Assembly: GCA_043759595.1 (NCBI GenBank)
Contig: JAYVLG010000071.1
Location: forward strand, 5,495 to 29,494
DNA from: Sulfurirhabdus sp.
Lineage (GTDB): Bacteria > Pseudomonadota > Gammaproteobacteria > Burkholderiales > SMCO01
Length of the DNA stretch: 24,000 nt
Reading direction: 5' to 3'
In this document: positions 1 through 9,028 of the stretch, piece after piece
Numbering within the stretch: the stretch's first letter is position 1
How the letters are laid out: each line of letters begins with the position of its first letter
Program-made: the position numbers and the translations under genes
Notes under the pieces: model-generated
What the model was told of the DNA's origin: nothing
What the model saw: only the letters and a program-made list of their open reading frames with translations
Databases searched by the model: none

Positions 1-225
1 CGGATCAATCAGCAATGTAACACCATTCTTTTGCAAAGCCGTATCATCTTCATTAACCACTTCATCAAAAGTGAAGCCATACTGAAAACCTGAGCAACCA
101 CCACCGCTAACAAACACGCGTAATTTCAGCTCGGTATTTCCTTCTTCTTCGATCAGCTCTTTTACCTTGCTAGCTGCGCTATCGGTAAAATTCAAAGGGC
201 TTTCCATTTCGGTTACAGCATTCAT
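1..225 (-). CDS. erpA: Iron-sulfur cluster insertion protein ErpA (partial, C-terminus beyond window edge)
   Basis: Reverse-strand translation [75 protein letters not shown], with the A-type Fe-S carrier motif [13 protein letters not shown]; not in the ORF track because it runs off the window. Confidence 0.93.
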   Translation of the reverse strand, partial: MNAVTEMESPLNFTDSAASKVKELIEEEGNTELKLRVFVSGGGCSGFQYGFTFDEVVNEDDTALQKNGVTLLIDP

Positions 226-283
226 GATAACTCCTTGCACACATTAAGTTACTATTATCTATCAACTATTGATGATAGGTCAA

Positions 284-691
284 TTATTTAGTCACAGTTT
301 TCAACTCAACTATCGGAGCTGCCTCATTTCCATGGGGATGCACAAGCTTCCCTTCAACAACTGCCCCAAGGTGCATTTCCAGCGTTTTATAGCACACATC
401 ACCTGTGACCCTGGATTTTGATTGAAGTTCCACATATTCAGAAGCATTAACCGGGCCGATCACTGTACCATTAATCACGACATGGGATACATTTATCGCC
501 CCTTCAATCACCGCCTTCTCACTCAGAACCAGCGTACAAGGCTTATCACCATCAGCACTGACACTTCCCTTTATGCAGCCATCAACGTGCAGACCACCTG
601 AAAACTTCACATCCCCTTTCAAGGTTGTACCGGCACCAATCAAACTACCGATCTTGGTTTGAGGTTTACTTCGCTTATTTTTGAAAAACAT
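284..691 (-). CDS. Bactofilin / polymer-forming cytoskeletal protein
   Basis: 135-aa ORF with GTTLKGDVKFSGGLHVDGCIKGSV... repetitive beta-helix pattern typical of bactofilins. Confidence 0.9.
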   Translation of the reverse strand: MFFKNKRSKPQTKIGSLIGAGTTLKGDVKFSGGLHVDGCIKGSVSADGDKPCTLVLSEKAVIEGAINVSHVVINGTVIGPVNASEYVELQSKSRVTGDVCYKTLEMHLGAVVEGKLVHPHGNEAAPIVELKTVTK

Positions 692-704
692 GGCTGATCC
701 TTTT

Positions 705-1454
705 CTAAGATATGTTTACGGTCTGCGTAAACAAGGGTTGTAACGCCCCCTTCTCAAAAACACGCACCTCGACACTTTTCACTTCCGTGCCCGGTGCCAC
801 CTGAAAAATACCTTCAACTCGCTGATAGTATTTAAAATCCAGCGCGACATCCAAAGCATTATTTGATCCAGCACTTGCAATTGGCATCACGATTTTCTTG
901 CCTTTTTGCAAAGTGTTCGCTAAAAATCGAACTCGGCCCTGAAAATCTTGCCCTCTTGTCCCGGATTGCAAAAATAACGACTGGTAATGATATTCGTTGG
1001 GAAAACCACTATGCTCCACCTTAAAACGGTACAAGCGGACTGACGATCCTGCTTTGCCATCCGTGGACATCAAATTACGGAAAAAAGTGATGTCTTCCTT
1101 AAGACGGGCATTTTCATCCTGAAGCGCCTTAGCAGACTTGGCCAACTCTCGTTGCGTAGCCACTTCAACTTCTACCTGTCGTTTGGCCACAACGGCCTCA
1201 GCTTCAAATTTACCGGTTTCACGCTGCAGTTTGGATAAACGTTCTCTCAAGTCAGCCAATTCCTGGCGTGTTTCCCTATGATCCAAACCCGTCAGTGCGT
1301 TTCCTATGTCATACATCCACCAGGCAAGTGCCAGCCCAACTGCAAAAGCTGAAACCACAAACAACCAGCGCCAGTACCAAGGCACATGTGTACGAATCGA
1401 CATCCGTGGTGCGGCAATTCCAAACTTGCGCCTTACCGCCCGAACCAACCTCAT
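705..1454 (-). CDS. Conserved membrane protein with one N-terminal TM helix and a coiled coil, adjacent to bactofilin
   Basis: 249-aa ORF: [25 protein letters not shown] segment, then heptad-like [18 protein letters not shown]... region. Confidence 0.7.
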   Translation of the reverse strand: MRLVRAVRRKFGIAAPRMSIRTHVPWYWRWLFVVSAFAVGLALAWWMYDIGNALTGLDHRETRQELADLRERLSKLQRETGKFEAEAVVAKRQVEVEVATQRELAKSAKALQDENARLKEDITFFRNLMSTDGKAGSSVRLYRFKVEHSGFPNEYHYQSLFLQSGTRGQDFQGRVRFLANTLQKGKKIVMPIASAGSNNALDVALDFKYYQRVEGIFQVAPGTEVKSVEVRVFEKGALQPLFTQTVNIS

Positions 1455-2479
1455 GGCAGCAGAGGTATCTGCTCCAGACCCATAGTCTCATCCAGCCGGA
1501 ACATGATGTTCATATTTTGTACTGCCTGACCTGAAGCACCTTTCACCAGGTTATCAATTACTGACAATACGACCACCATATCGCCTTCCTGTTGTCGATG
1601 CACGGCGATACGGCAATAGTTCGCACTCCTGACTGAGCGCGTTTCAGGATGCGAACCAGCTGGCATGACATCGACAAAGTGTTCGTTTTCATAGCGTTTT
1701 TCAAACAACGCCTGCAAATCCACATCTTTAGTAAGGCGCGCATAAAGCGTGGCATGAATACCTCTGATCAACGGTGTCAGATGAGGCACAAACGTTAAAC
1801 CCGCCTGTTGACCTGCCATCAGAGAGAGGCCTTGCTTAATTTCAGGTAAGTGTCGGTGTCCAGCCACACCATAGGCTTTGAAATTATCAGATGCTTCTGC
1901 AAACAGGGCATGCACTTCCGCCTTGCGCCCGGCACCACTGACACCGGATTTGCAATCAGCGATCAGATGCCCAACATCCACAACGCCTGCTTCTATCAGG
2001 GGTAAAAATCCAAGCTGTGCTGCGGTTGGGTAACAGCCGGGGTTTGCGACCAAACGGGCTGTTTTTACTTTTTCCCGGTTAATTTCAGGCAGGCCATATA
2101 CCGCCTCTGCGATTAAATCAGGGCAAGCGTGCTCCATGCCATACCATTTTTCCCATACACCAACATCTTTGATACGAAAATCGGCAGCGAGATCGATAAC
2201 GCGCACACCCGAATCAAGCAGCTCTCGAGTTTGCTGCATGGCAATGCCATTGGGCGTTGCAAAAAACACGACATCACAGCTCTTCAAGGGAGCTTCGCCA
2301 GGGTCAGCAAACTTTAAATTAACTCGACCACGCAAATTGGGAAACATCTCGCTCACCGGCATTCCCGCTTCTTTACGTGAAGTGATAGCCTTCAGTTCAA
2401 CTTTCGGGTGCTGCGCCAATAAGCGAAGCAGCTCTACACCAGTGTAGCCAGTGCCACCGACAATACCTACTTTAATCAC
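1451..2479 (-). CDS. argC: N-acetyl-gamma-glutamyl-phosphate reductase
   Basis: 342-aa ORF: [25 protein letters not shown] ... ANPGCYPTA ... catalytic Cys motif. Confidence 0.97.
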   Translation of the reverse strand: MIKVGIVGGTGYTGVELLRLLAQHPKVELKAITSRKEAGMPVSEMFPNLRGRVNLKFADPGEAPLKSCDVVFFATPNGIAMQQTRELLDSGVRVIDLAADFRIKDVGVWEKWYGMEHACPDLIAEAVYGLPEINREKVKTARLVANPGCYPTAAQLGFLPLIEAGVVDVGHLIADCKSGVSGAGRKAEVHALFAEASDNFKAYGVAGHRHLPEIKQGLSLMAGQQAGLTFVPHLTPLIRGIHATLYARLTKDVDLQALFEKRYENEHFVDVMPAGSHPETRSVRSANYCRIAVHRQQEGDMVVVLSVIDNLVKGASGQAVQNMNIMFRLDETMGLEQIPLLP

Positions 2480-2542
2480 TATCTGCCCCCATCAATTCAA
2501 TTCGAGAACTTTTTATAATAACCATGGAATACCTATTAGGCA

Positions 2543-2569
2543 ATAAAAAAGCCGCCCGAAGGCGGCTTT
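2543..2569 (-). terminator. Intrinsic terminator of the rplM-rpsI operon
   Basis: GCCGCC-TTCG-GGCGGC hairpin followed by TTTTTT on the minus strand, just downstream of rpsI. Confidence 0.85.
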
Positions 2570-2590
2570 CTAAACAAACGGTAATTAAAA

Positions 2591-2983
2591 TTAACGCTTG
2601 GAGAATTGCTTTGCACGGCGCGCTTTACGCAGACCGACTTTCTTACGCTCAACTTCACGTGCATCACGTGTGACCAATCCTGCGGCTCTCAATTGAGGTT
2701 TCAGGCTTGCATCATACTCAATCAACGCGCGGGTAATGCCATGACGAACTGCACCAGCCTGACCTGATTCACCACCGCCAATCACGTTTACCATGATGTC
2801 AAAGGTACCTTCATGATTGGTCAAGACCAAAGGCTGACGCACGACCATACGGCCAGTTTCGCGAGAAAAATAAATATCTACTGGCTTTTCATTTACCGTG
2901 ATATCGCCCTTGCCTGGCTTAATAAATACTCTGGCAACAGCGTTTTTACGACGACCAGTACCGTAATGATAGTTTCCGACCAT
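2591..2983 (-). CDS. rpsI: 30S ribosomal protein S9
   Basis: 130-aa ORF ending [14 protein letters not shown]; follows rplM as usual. Confidence 0.99.
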   Translation of the reverse strand: MVGNYHYGTGRRKNAVARVFIKPGKGDITVNEKPVDIYFSRETGRMVVRQPLVLTNHEGTFDIMVNVIGGGESGQAGAVRHGITRALIEYDASLKPQLRAAGLVTRDAREVERKKVGLRKARRAKQFSKR

Positions 2984-2992
2984 GGTTTATCC

Positions 2993-3421
2993 TTAAATAT
3001 CCAATGCTACAGGTTGCTGAGCAATATGTGGATGCTCCGCACCAGCGTAGCACTTGAGTTTTTTCAGCATGGCATAACCTAAGGGACCCTTAGGCAACAT
3101 GCCTTTCACTGCTTTTTCAAGTGCACGACCTGGAAAACGAGCCTGCATTTTTGCAAAGTTTGTTTCATAAATACCGCCCGGATATCCGGTATGACGGTAG
3201 TAAATTTTGTCTTGTTCTTTATTGCCAGTAACACGCAATTTTTCCACATTAGTTACAACGATGTAATCACCGGTGTCTACGTGTGGTGTATAGATTGCTT
3301 TATGTTTACCGCGCAAACGGTGTGCAATCTCGCTAGCGAGACGGCCAAGAACTTTATCTGTGGCATCAACCACAAACCAGTCGTGTGTTACCTCATGCGA
3401 TTTAGCAGAGAAGGTTTTCAT
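2993..3421 (-). CDS. rplM: 50S ribosomal protein L13
   Basis: 142-aa [33 protein letters not shown]... Confidence 0.99.
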   Translation of the reverse strand: MKTFSAKSHEVTHDWFVVDATDKVLGRLASEIAHRLRGKHKAIYTPHVDTGDYIVVTNVEKLRVTGNKEQDKIYYRHTGYPGGIYETNFAKMQARFPGRALEKAVKGMLPKGPLGYAMLKKLKCYAGAEHPHIAQQPVALDI

Positions 3422-3598
3422 TCAGAAACCTCAGTCACTTATTAATTTGAGAAAGTCGCAAATTTTATGTCAAAAGCCATCATGTTGTCAAACCATAATT
3501 GGATTATTTCTTTTCCTGGCACACTTTAACATTCACTTAGCGTTAGTCCGATTGGCTTTTACCCATCTTACCATGTTTATTTCCACCTTCTGTTTTTG

Positions 3599-3630
3599 AA
3601 AAAAAAAGCGCAACCTATTTAGGTTGCGCT
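3599..3630 (-). terminator. Strong intrinsic terminator of the candidate sRNA
   Basis: Perfect 10-bp stem (3607-3616/3621-3630), 4-nt loop, then a T run on the minus strand. Confidence 0.9.
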
Positions 3631-3703
3631 AAAATCCACCAAAGAAGGGGGATGGAGGAGACACCATCAAGACGCTTATTAAGATGGGGAAGCGTCCAGA
3701 TGT
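3599..3703 (-). ncRNA. Candidate small RNA (~105 nt), unannotated
   Basis: Minus strand: TTGCAC-17 nt-GATAAT promoter (3738-3733 / 3715-3710), 5' hairpin GACGCTT...AAGCGTC (3671-3677/3690-3696), C/U-rich CUCCUCCAUCCCCC stretch, terminator AGCGCAACCT-AAAT-AGGTTGCGCT followed by a T run; no substantial ORF. Confidence 0.7.
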
Positions 3704-3805
3704 GTTAGCATTATCTAATATAATAATATTTTGTGCAACTATTTTTCTCTTCCTCCAGCATTCTTTTATTTACATTTTCTCTTTTTATCTAAAGTGGAAT
3801 CACCC

Positions 3806-4549
3806 ATGAACTGGATTATTGTCAATTTTGTTAGCGCTTTTCTTCTTCCACCGATTAATTTACTCGTATTGGGCGCTGCGGGATTGGCCACCGTGAAAAA
3901 ACATCCACGATTAGGGAAAAGCCTTATCGTTACTTCATTTTTATTTCTTTTTATTCTATCGACCCCATATGCTGCAAGCACATTACTTGGCAGCCTTGAA
4001 ACCTTCCCGGCTGTCACTTCACTCAATCCCAATGCTGGCGCTATCGTTATTTTAGGTGCTGGGGCCAATTCCAGCGCCCCTGAATATGGCGGCGATACAG
4101 TTGACGCCTTAAGTTTACAACGGGTGCGTTACGGAGCATCTTTACAGCGGCGGAGCGGGTTACCGATTTTGGTCAGCGGCGGAAACCCCGCAGGTGACAC
4201 ACCTGTTGGAGTGCTCATGAAAAATGCTTTAGAGCGGGATTTTCAAGTTCCGGCTCGCTGGGTAGAAGACCGTTCCAGTAACACTTATGAAAATGCCATG
4301 TTCAGCTATAAAATTTTGCACCAGTCGGGGATTGACACTATTTATCTGGTAACGCATGCATGGCACATGCCGAGGGCTGTTGCCACTTTTAAAAAGGCAG
4401 GTTTTCACGTTATTCCTGCTCCCACCGTTTTTAGTTCTTATAAACATATCTCGTTAATGGATTTTATGCCTAACGCGCCAGCATTCCTCAAAAGTTACTA
4501 CGCAATTCATGAGATGATCGGGTTAGTGTGGTATCAGATCAAGAATTAA
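3806..4549 (+). CDS. YdcF/ElyC-family (DUF218) inner-membrane protein
   Basis: ORF from ATG at 3806 (MNWIIVNFVSAFLLPPINLLVLGAAGL); contains AIVILGAGANS..., VSGGNP, EDRSSNTYENA and YLVTHAWHMPRA motifs. The 3731 start of the track ORF is probably too early. Confidence 0.9.
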   Translation: MNWIIVNFVSAFLLPPINLLVLGAAGLATVKKHPRLGKSLIVTSFLFLFILSTPYAASTLLGSLETFPAVTSLNPNAGAIVILGAGANSSAPEYGGDTVDALSLQRVRYGASLQRRSGLPILVSGGNPAGDTPVGVLMKNALERDFQVPARWVEDRSSNTYENAMFSYKILHQSGIDTIYLVTHAWHMPRAVATFKKAGFHVIPAPTVFSSYKHISLMDFMPNAPAFLKSYYAIHEMIGLVWYQIKN

Positions 4550-4613
4550 CAGGCCATTTACCTGATCTGTTAAGATGATGCGCAAAAATAGTTCATGAAA
4601 AGGATATATTCGT

Positions 4614-5030
4614 ATGAAAGCACGTATTAAATGGGTTGAAGGAGTCAGTTTTTTAGGTGAAACGGAAAGCAATCATGCTGTATTGATGGATGGTTCGCCT
4701 GAAGCTGGCGGGCGTAATTTAGGTGCGCGCCCGATGGAGCTAATACTGCTTGGCTTGGGAGGATGCTCTTCCTTTGATGTTGTCCTCATTCTCAAAAAAC
4801 AAAGGCAAGACATTACCGATTGCGTTGCGGAAATCAGTGCAGATAGAGCTGATAGCGACCCAAAAGTGTTTACCCGAATCCATCTGCACTTTATTGTCAC
4901 TGGAAAAAACTTAAAACCAGAACAAGTTGAACGTGCCATCAAGCTGTCTGCAGAGAAATACTGCTCAGCCTCGATCATGATAGGTAAAACAGCTGAAATT
5001 ACGCATGATTTTGAGATTGTTGAAGTTTAA
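4614..5030 (+). CDS. OsmC family protein
   Basis: 138-aa ORF with GARPMELILLGLGGCSSFDVV and EKYCSASIM cysteine motifs. Confidence 0.93.
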   Translation: MKARIKWVEGVSFLGETESNHAVLMDGSPEAGGRNLGARPMELILLGLGGCSSFDVVLILKKQRQDITDCVAEISADRADSDPKVFTRIHLHFIVTGKNLKPEQVERAIKLSAEKYCSASIMIGKTAEITHDFEIVEV

Positions 5031-5066
5031 ATCCCACCTAAAACAACTTCTACACACAGAGCTTTC

Positions 5067-5091
5067 ACCGCAGAGGCGCGGAGGCGCAGAG
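5067..5091 (+). repeat. Dispersed repeat family A, 'ACCGCAGAGGCGCGGAGGCGCAGAG'
   Basis: Full-length copy; same motif recurs at about 10 other places in the window. Confidence 0.85.
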
Positions 5092-5111
5092 AAAACCGCC
5101 TCCCTACTTCT

Positions 5112-5438
5112 TCACGCTGGGTAGCAGCGTACGGCGTAGTAAATATCTTTCTCGATGACTTCAAACAGGCGGTCTATGTTGGGATGTTTGCCGGGGTTCT
5201 GACGCGCATCTTCGGTGTGTTCTGCAAACAAATCCAGTGCTTCCTGTGCGGCTTTGGGGCCGATACCACCCCATTTCTTTGACACGTGATAGTAAACCCG
5301 AAACGATCCCTGGCTGCCCGGCTTGTTTTCGATGCCGGCCTCTACCTCACCGCTTTCTCCAAACAATTTCATATTACCAAAACCATCTGTATTTTCCAGC
5401 GTTGCCAGATTTTCTTGAAAATTCTGCATTGATACCAT
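5112..5438 (-). CDS. Conserved-looking hypothetical protein
   Basis: 108-aa ORF (MQNFQENLATLENTDGFGNMKLF...DIYYAVRCYPA), co-oriented with coq7; no family recognised. Confidence 0.65.
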   Translation of the reverse strand: MVSMQNFQENLATLENTDGFGNMKLFGESGEVEAGIENKPGSQGSFRVYYHVSKKWGGIGPKAAQEALDLFAEHTEDARQNPGKHPNIDRLFEVIEKDIYYAVRCYPA

Positions 5439-5471
5439 TACTCCTTACGTTTGTTATTACTGTGAAAGACA

Positions 5472-6098
5472 TCACACCCAATATGCGACGGTTGTCATGA
5501 TCTTTGCATTGAGTTTCATTGCTTGCTGAACGGGCTTTGGCAGCGCCACACCGCCATGCTGCAGGGCGGTGGTTGCGTGTTTTGCTTCATCTTCTCTCAT
5601 TTGTACCAGCACAGCATGACTTTTTTCATCTTGCGCTGGCAAACGCTGCAAATGCCCTTCGAGATGTGCGCCCACTTGATGTTCCGTTTCAGCCAGAAAC
5701 CCCAGACTCCATTTATCACCCATTGCACCAGCCAGTGCACCGATGGCCAAGGAGCCGGTATACCATAAAGGATTGAGGAAACTTTTGTGGGTGCCCAATG
5801 CCTGAATCCGGCTTTCGCACCAGGCCAGATGTTCGGTTTCTTCAGCCGCTGCCTGTTCGAGCGCTTTTTGGGTCAGAGGATCTTGCGCGGTCAGGGCTTG
5901 CCCTTGATAGAGCGCTTGAGCACAGATTTCGCCACTGTGATTGATGCGCATCAGGGCACCTGCCAAGCGCTTTTCTGTCTCGGTCAAATCCTGCTCTGGC
6001 AAATCTGCTCCGGGCAAGGGTCTTGCTGTTTGCGCTTTCGCAAACAGGGTACGCAAACCTTTATCAAAATTAATAATGACGTGATCTATATTCAGCAT
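5472..6098 (-). CDS. coq7: 2-polyprenyl-3-methyl-6-methoxy-1,4-benzoquinone monooxygenase (demethoxyubiquinone hydroxylase)
   Basis: 208-aa ORF with diiron motifs RINHSGEICAQALYQGQA, EETEHLAWCESRI, EDEAKHA. Confidence 0.95.
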   Translation of the reverse strand: MLNIDHVIINFDKGLRTLFAKAQTARPLPGADLPEQDLTETEKRLAGALMRINHSGEICAQALYQGQALTAQDPLTQKALEQAAAEETEHLAWCESRIQALGTHKSFLNPLWYTGSLAIGALAGAMGDKWSLGFLAETEHQVGAHLEGHLQRLPAQDEKSHAVLVQMREDEAKHATTALQHGGVALPKPVQQAMKLNAKIMTTVAYWV

Positions 6099-7399
6099 TT
6101 TCCGGTAAACCCCATTTGCCTGGCCAATAAAGTGACAGGATGTATGACTTCAATTTGCACGCCTTGACTTCGTAGCCCTTGCGCCAGCCACAGGGCGCAA
6201 CCTACATTGGACGTAGCCAGATAAGTTATATCGCACTGACGCAATGCCTTCATTTTATCATCCCGCAGCAAACCTGCCATCTCTGGTTGCTGTAAATGAT
6301 ACAGTCCAGCCGCTCCGCAACATTGGTCATTGCCTGCCAAAGGCTCGATGACTGCCTGAGGAATGCGCGCCAGCAACATATACACTGATTTTTCAGAATG
6401 AAGCACATTGCGCAGTGTACAGGGGTCGTGCACCATAATCCTGGCATCCAGCGGGGTTAAAGTGACGCCCTCCCACCCTTGTGTACGGGATAAGAACGCA
6501 CTGATATCCACGACCTTGGTCGCAATATCAGCTCCCTCCAGACCAATTATGTGATTGTACTCACTTAACATGGCGCCGCAACCGGATGCGGCCGAAATAA
6601 TCGCATCAAGTTTTAACCCTTCAAATGCCCGACTGTTCTGCCTTGCTGACTGTGCCGATTCATCCGTAAAGCCTGCATGCTGGTGCATTGCACCACAACA
6701 CCCCTGCTGCTTGGGAACATGCACCGTATATCCCATGCGAGTCAGCACAAATATCGATGCATTCAGCACTTCAACATCCGTCAAACGTGCCACACAGCCC
6801 AGAAACAGCCCTACCTCTCCTCTCACTGCTCCTTGAACCGGGTAAATTTCATTCCAATTGTGAATGGCAGGCAATTCAGGCAACTCAGCTTCCAACCCTT
6901 CCAAACCAAAATGCTGTAATAAGTTAGATTTTCGGAGCAAGTATTGCAAACCAGATTGCTGGTACAGACGAATTACTCGCCCGATAGATCTTAGTTTAAA
7001 GGGGTTATTTACAACGCTACTTAATGCTCGATAACGTTTAGCCCCTGAGCGAGGGTTTGGCCTGTTTTGTTTAATAAATGATCGAACACCATCCACCACA
7101 CTCCCATATTCCACTTTTGAGGGGCAGGCGTTTTCACAGGCACGACAGGTCAGACACAAATCAATATGCTGGATAAAGCGCTCACTGATGGGCAATTTAT
7201 TTTCCAGCACTGCCTTCATCAAGGCGATACGACCACGCGGAGAATCAGCTTCGGATTTTGTTTTACGATAGGTAGGACAATGGGGCAGACACAGGCCACA
7301 GGCAACGCAGCGATTGGCAGCCTGAATAATTTCATTCAGACCAGCAGAGTGGGGTATTAATGGCAAAACTATCGACATGCTTGCCATTATACGTAGCAA
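6092..7399 (-). CDS. GlcF-like (Fe-S)-binding protein with CCG (heterodisulfide reductase-related) domains
   Basis: 435-aa ORF: two ferredoxin clusters (CVACGLCLPHCPTYR, CLTCRACENACPSKVEYG) and CCG motifs (GCCGAMHQHAG, QCCGAAGLYHL); stop overlaps the coq7 start. Confidence 0.88.
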   Translation of the reverse strand: MLRIMASMSIVLPLIPHSAGLNEIIQAANRCVACGLCLPHCPTYRKTKSEADSPRGRIALMKAVLENKLPISERFIQHIDLCLTCRACENACPSKVEYGSVVDGVRSFIKQNRPNPRSGAKRYRALSSVVNNPFKLRSIGRVIRLYQQSGLQYLLRKSNLLQHFGLEGLEAELPELPAIHNWNEIYPVQGAVRGEVGLFLGCVARLTDVEVLNASIFVLTRMGYTVHVPKQQGCCGAMHQHAGFTDESAQSARQNSRAFEGLKLDAIISAASGCGAMLSEYNHIIGLEGADIATKVVDISAFLSRTQGWEGVTLTPLDARIMVHDPCTLRNVLHSEKSVYMLLARIPQAVIEPLAGNDQCCGAAGLYHLQQPEMAGLLRDDKMKALRQCDITYLATSNVGCALWLAQGLRSQGVQIEVIHPVTLLARQMGFTGKC

Positions 7400-7428
7400 A
7401 GCACCAGCACGATCACAATCTGAAATAA

Positions 7429-7456
7429 AAAACGGGCGTCCGAAGACGCCCGTTTT
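7429..7456 (-). terminator. Intrinsic terminator downstream of the porin gene (potentially bidirectional)
   Basis: AAAACGGGCGTC-TTCG-GACGCCCGTTTT near-perfect hairpin with A/T flanks. Confidence 0.88.
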
Positions 7457-7492
7457 AAGACACTACAATTAATCTAGCTTAAATGAGCCAAA

Positions 7493-8635
7493 TTAGAAGT
7501 TGTGAATCATACCTACGCTAACACCGCTGGTAGCTTGTGTACCAACAGATCCTGCGTTATCACCATGACCACTAGCTGAAACGCTGTATGCTGGGAACAC
7601 GTTAGAAGTTGAATCGCCGTTTTTGTTGTTGGTTCTAGCATATGTAACATAGGCGGTTGTACGCTTGGACATAGCGTGGTCTGCACCCAAAGCCCACATA
7701 GAAGCACCGGTGTTGCTTACGTTACCAATGTCTTTAGCTTTGTAGTATTGTGCTTTAAGGGTATTAGCAGCATCCAGTTTGAACGCAGCGCCCAGACCCC
7801 AAACCTTACGATCGTCATCGGTATTGGCAGCAGCAGTTGTATTCTTGGTATCTTCATACAAAGCAACCACTTTAGCTACGCCGAAATCATATCCACCGCT
7901 CAGACGCCAAGCTTTAGGTGCATCATTGGTACCGCCAACCTGATGCTTTTCCCAAGCCAAGCCAGCAAATACTGGACCGTTTGCGTAGATAGCAGCAACT
8001 GAGGTTGCGCTTGTAGCACCAATATTGTTTGCAGTACCAGCACCAGTACCAACATTAATGTTGGTAGCATAGCCAGCAATAACTTGGAAACCACTCATGG
8101 ATGGAGAAGCGTACCATACCATGCTGGAAGGACGCAGATCCCAGCTACCGTTAGCTGCAACAGTTGCACCTGCGGCATTAACCAAAGTTGCTGAAGAAAT
8201 CAGGTTACGTGTATCACCCAATGTGTTGTTAAACAGGTCAACCTTACGACCAATGGTCTTGAACGGGGTGTCGTTTTTACCCAGATACACGCCACCGAAG
8301 CCACCGGTTAAACCTGCGAAGGTGTTACCACAACCTACGGTACCACCAGCGCAAGAGGTATCATCGTTACCTGTCCCACCAGCGCTAAAGTAGGTTTGAA
8401 CTTGCCAAACAGCTTTCAGGCCATTGCCCAGATCTTCGTCACCGCTGAAAACGATGTTGGAAGAATTGCTGGAAACGTTGCTCATGGTCTGGTTTTGTGT
8501 GCCACCAGCATTGCCCTTGATTAAGTCGTATGAAAAATTCATTTGACCAGAAATTTTAACGTTACCACCATCAGCCATGGCAACAGGTGCTGCTAAAGCA
8601 CTTGCAATTGCCAATGCGATTAGTTTCTTGTTCAT
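7493..8635 (-). CDS. Outer-membrane porin (Gram-negative betaproteobacterial type)
   Basis: Start taken at 8635: MNKKLIALAIASALAAPVAMA signal peptide, ends SVGMIHNF with terminal Phe; upstream GGAG Shine-Dalgarno. Track ORF start 8758 is too early. Confidence 0.93.
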   Translation of the reverse strand: MNKKLIALAIASALAAPVAMADGGNVKISGQMNFSYDLIKGNAGGTQNQTMSNVSSNSSNIVFSGDEDLGNGLKAVWQVQTYFSAGGTGNDDTSCAGGTVGCGNTFAGLTGGFGGVYLGKNDTPFKTIGRKVDLFNNTLGDTRNLISSATLVNAAGATVAANGSWDLRPSSMVWYASPSMSGFQVIAGYATNINVGTGAGTANNIGATSATSVAAIYANGPVFAGLAWEKHQVGGTNDAPKAWRLSGGYDFGVAKVVALYEDTKNTTAAANTDDDRKVWGLGAAFKLDAANTLKAQYYKAKDIGNVSNTGASMWALGADHAMSKRTTAYVTYARTNNKNGDSTSNVFPAYSVSASGHGDNAGSVGTQATSGVSVGMIHNF

Positions 8636-8860
8636 GTGTTTCTCCGTAAATTGGTTTGAGTTTACATTTTGCAACTGCCATTTAAAACTCGGCGTCGCAA
8701 AATTTACCTCTCTAAAACTGAGAAGTTGAGCCCATTGTGCCAAAGAGTGAAAAGTCATGACAAGCTTTTAATGAGCAACAGGTAACATTGGTCATTCTTA
8801 TTGTTGTTTTTTTGCAACATTGAATTATGGTCTTGCGAGAATTGCGCAGGGCGGTTTTTT

Positions 8861-8999
8861 ACCGCAGAGGCGCGGAGGAAAGCGAAGCTTGTAATAGCTG
8901 TAAACAGTGGCGCTACGGTTTTGCCAGACTGGATACTTACGAATCAAGCAATTTGGAATGCCTTTACTTTCTCTGCGCCTCCGCGCCTCTGCGGTTAAA
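8861..8999. repeat. MITE-like unit with family A inverted termini
   Basis: ACCGCAGAGGCGCGGAGGA at 8861-8879 and CTCTGCGCCTCCGCGCCTCTGCGGTTAAA at 8971-8999, inverted, ~139 bp apart outer to outer. Confidence 0.7.
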
Positions 9000-9028
9000 C
9001 GGCTTTAAATGAAAACAGGGAACGTCCC

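Noticed and set aside
1268-1534. 88-aa plus-strand ORF across the argC / membrane protein boundary
   Set aside because: Antisense to two convincing genes; low-complexity, no domain.
5787-6167. 126-aa plus-strand ORF opposite coq7
   Set aside because: Antisense to coq7 with its intact diiron motifs; no supporting RBS or homology.
8636-8758. N-terminal extension of the porin ORF (MTFHSLAQWAQLLSFREV...)
   Set aside because: The signal peptide starts at MNKKLIALAIASALA with a good upstream RBS; the extension is 5' leader sequence.
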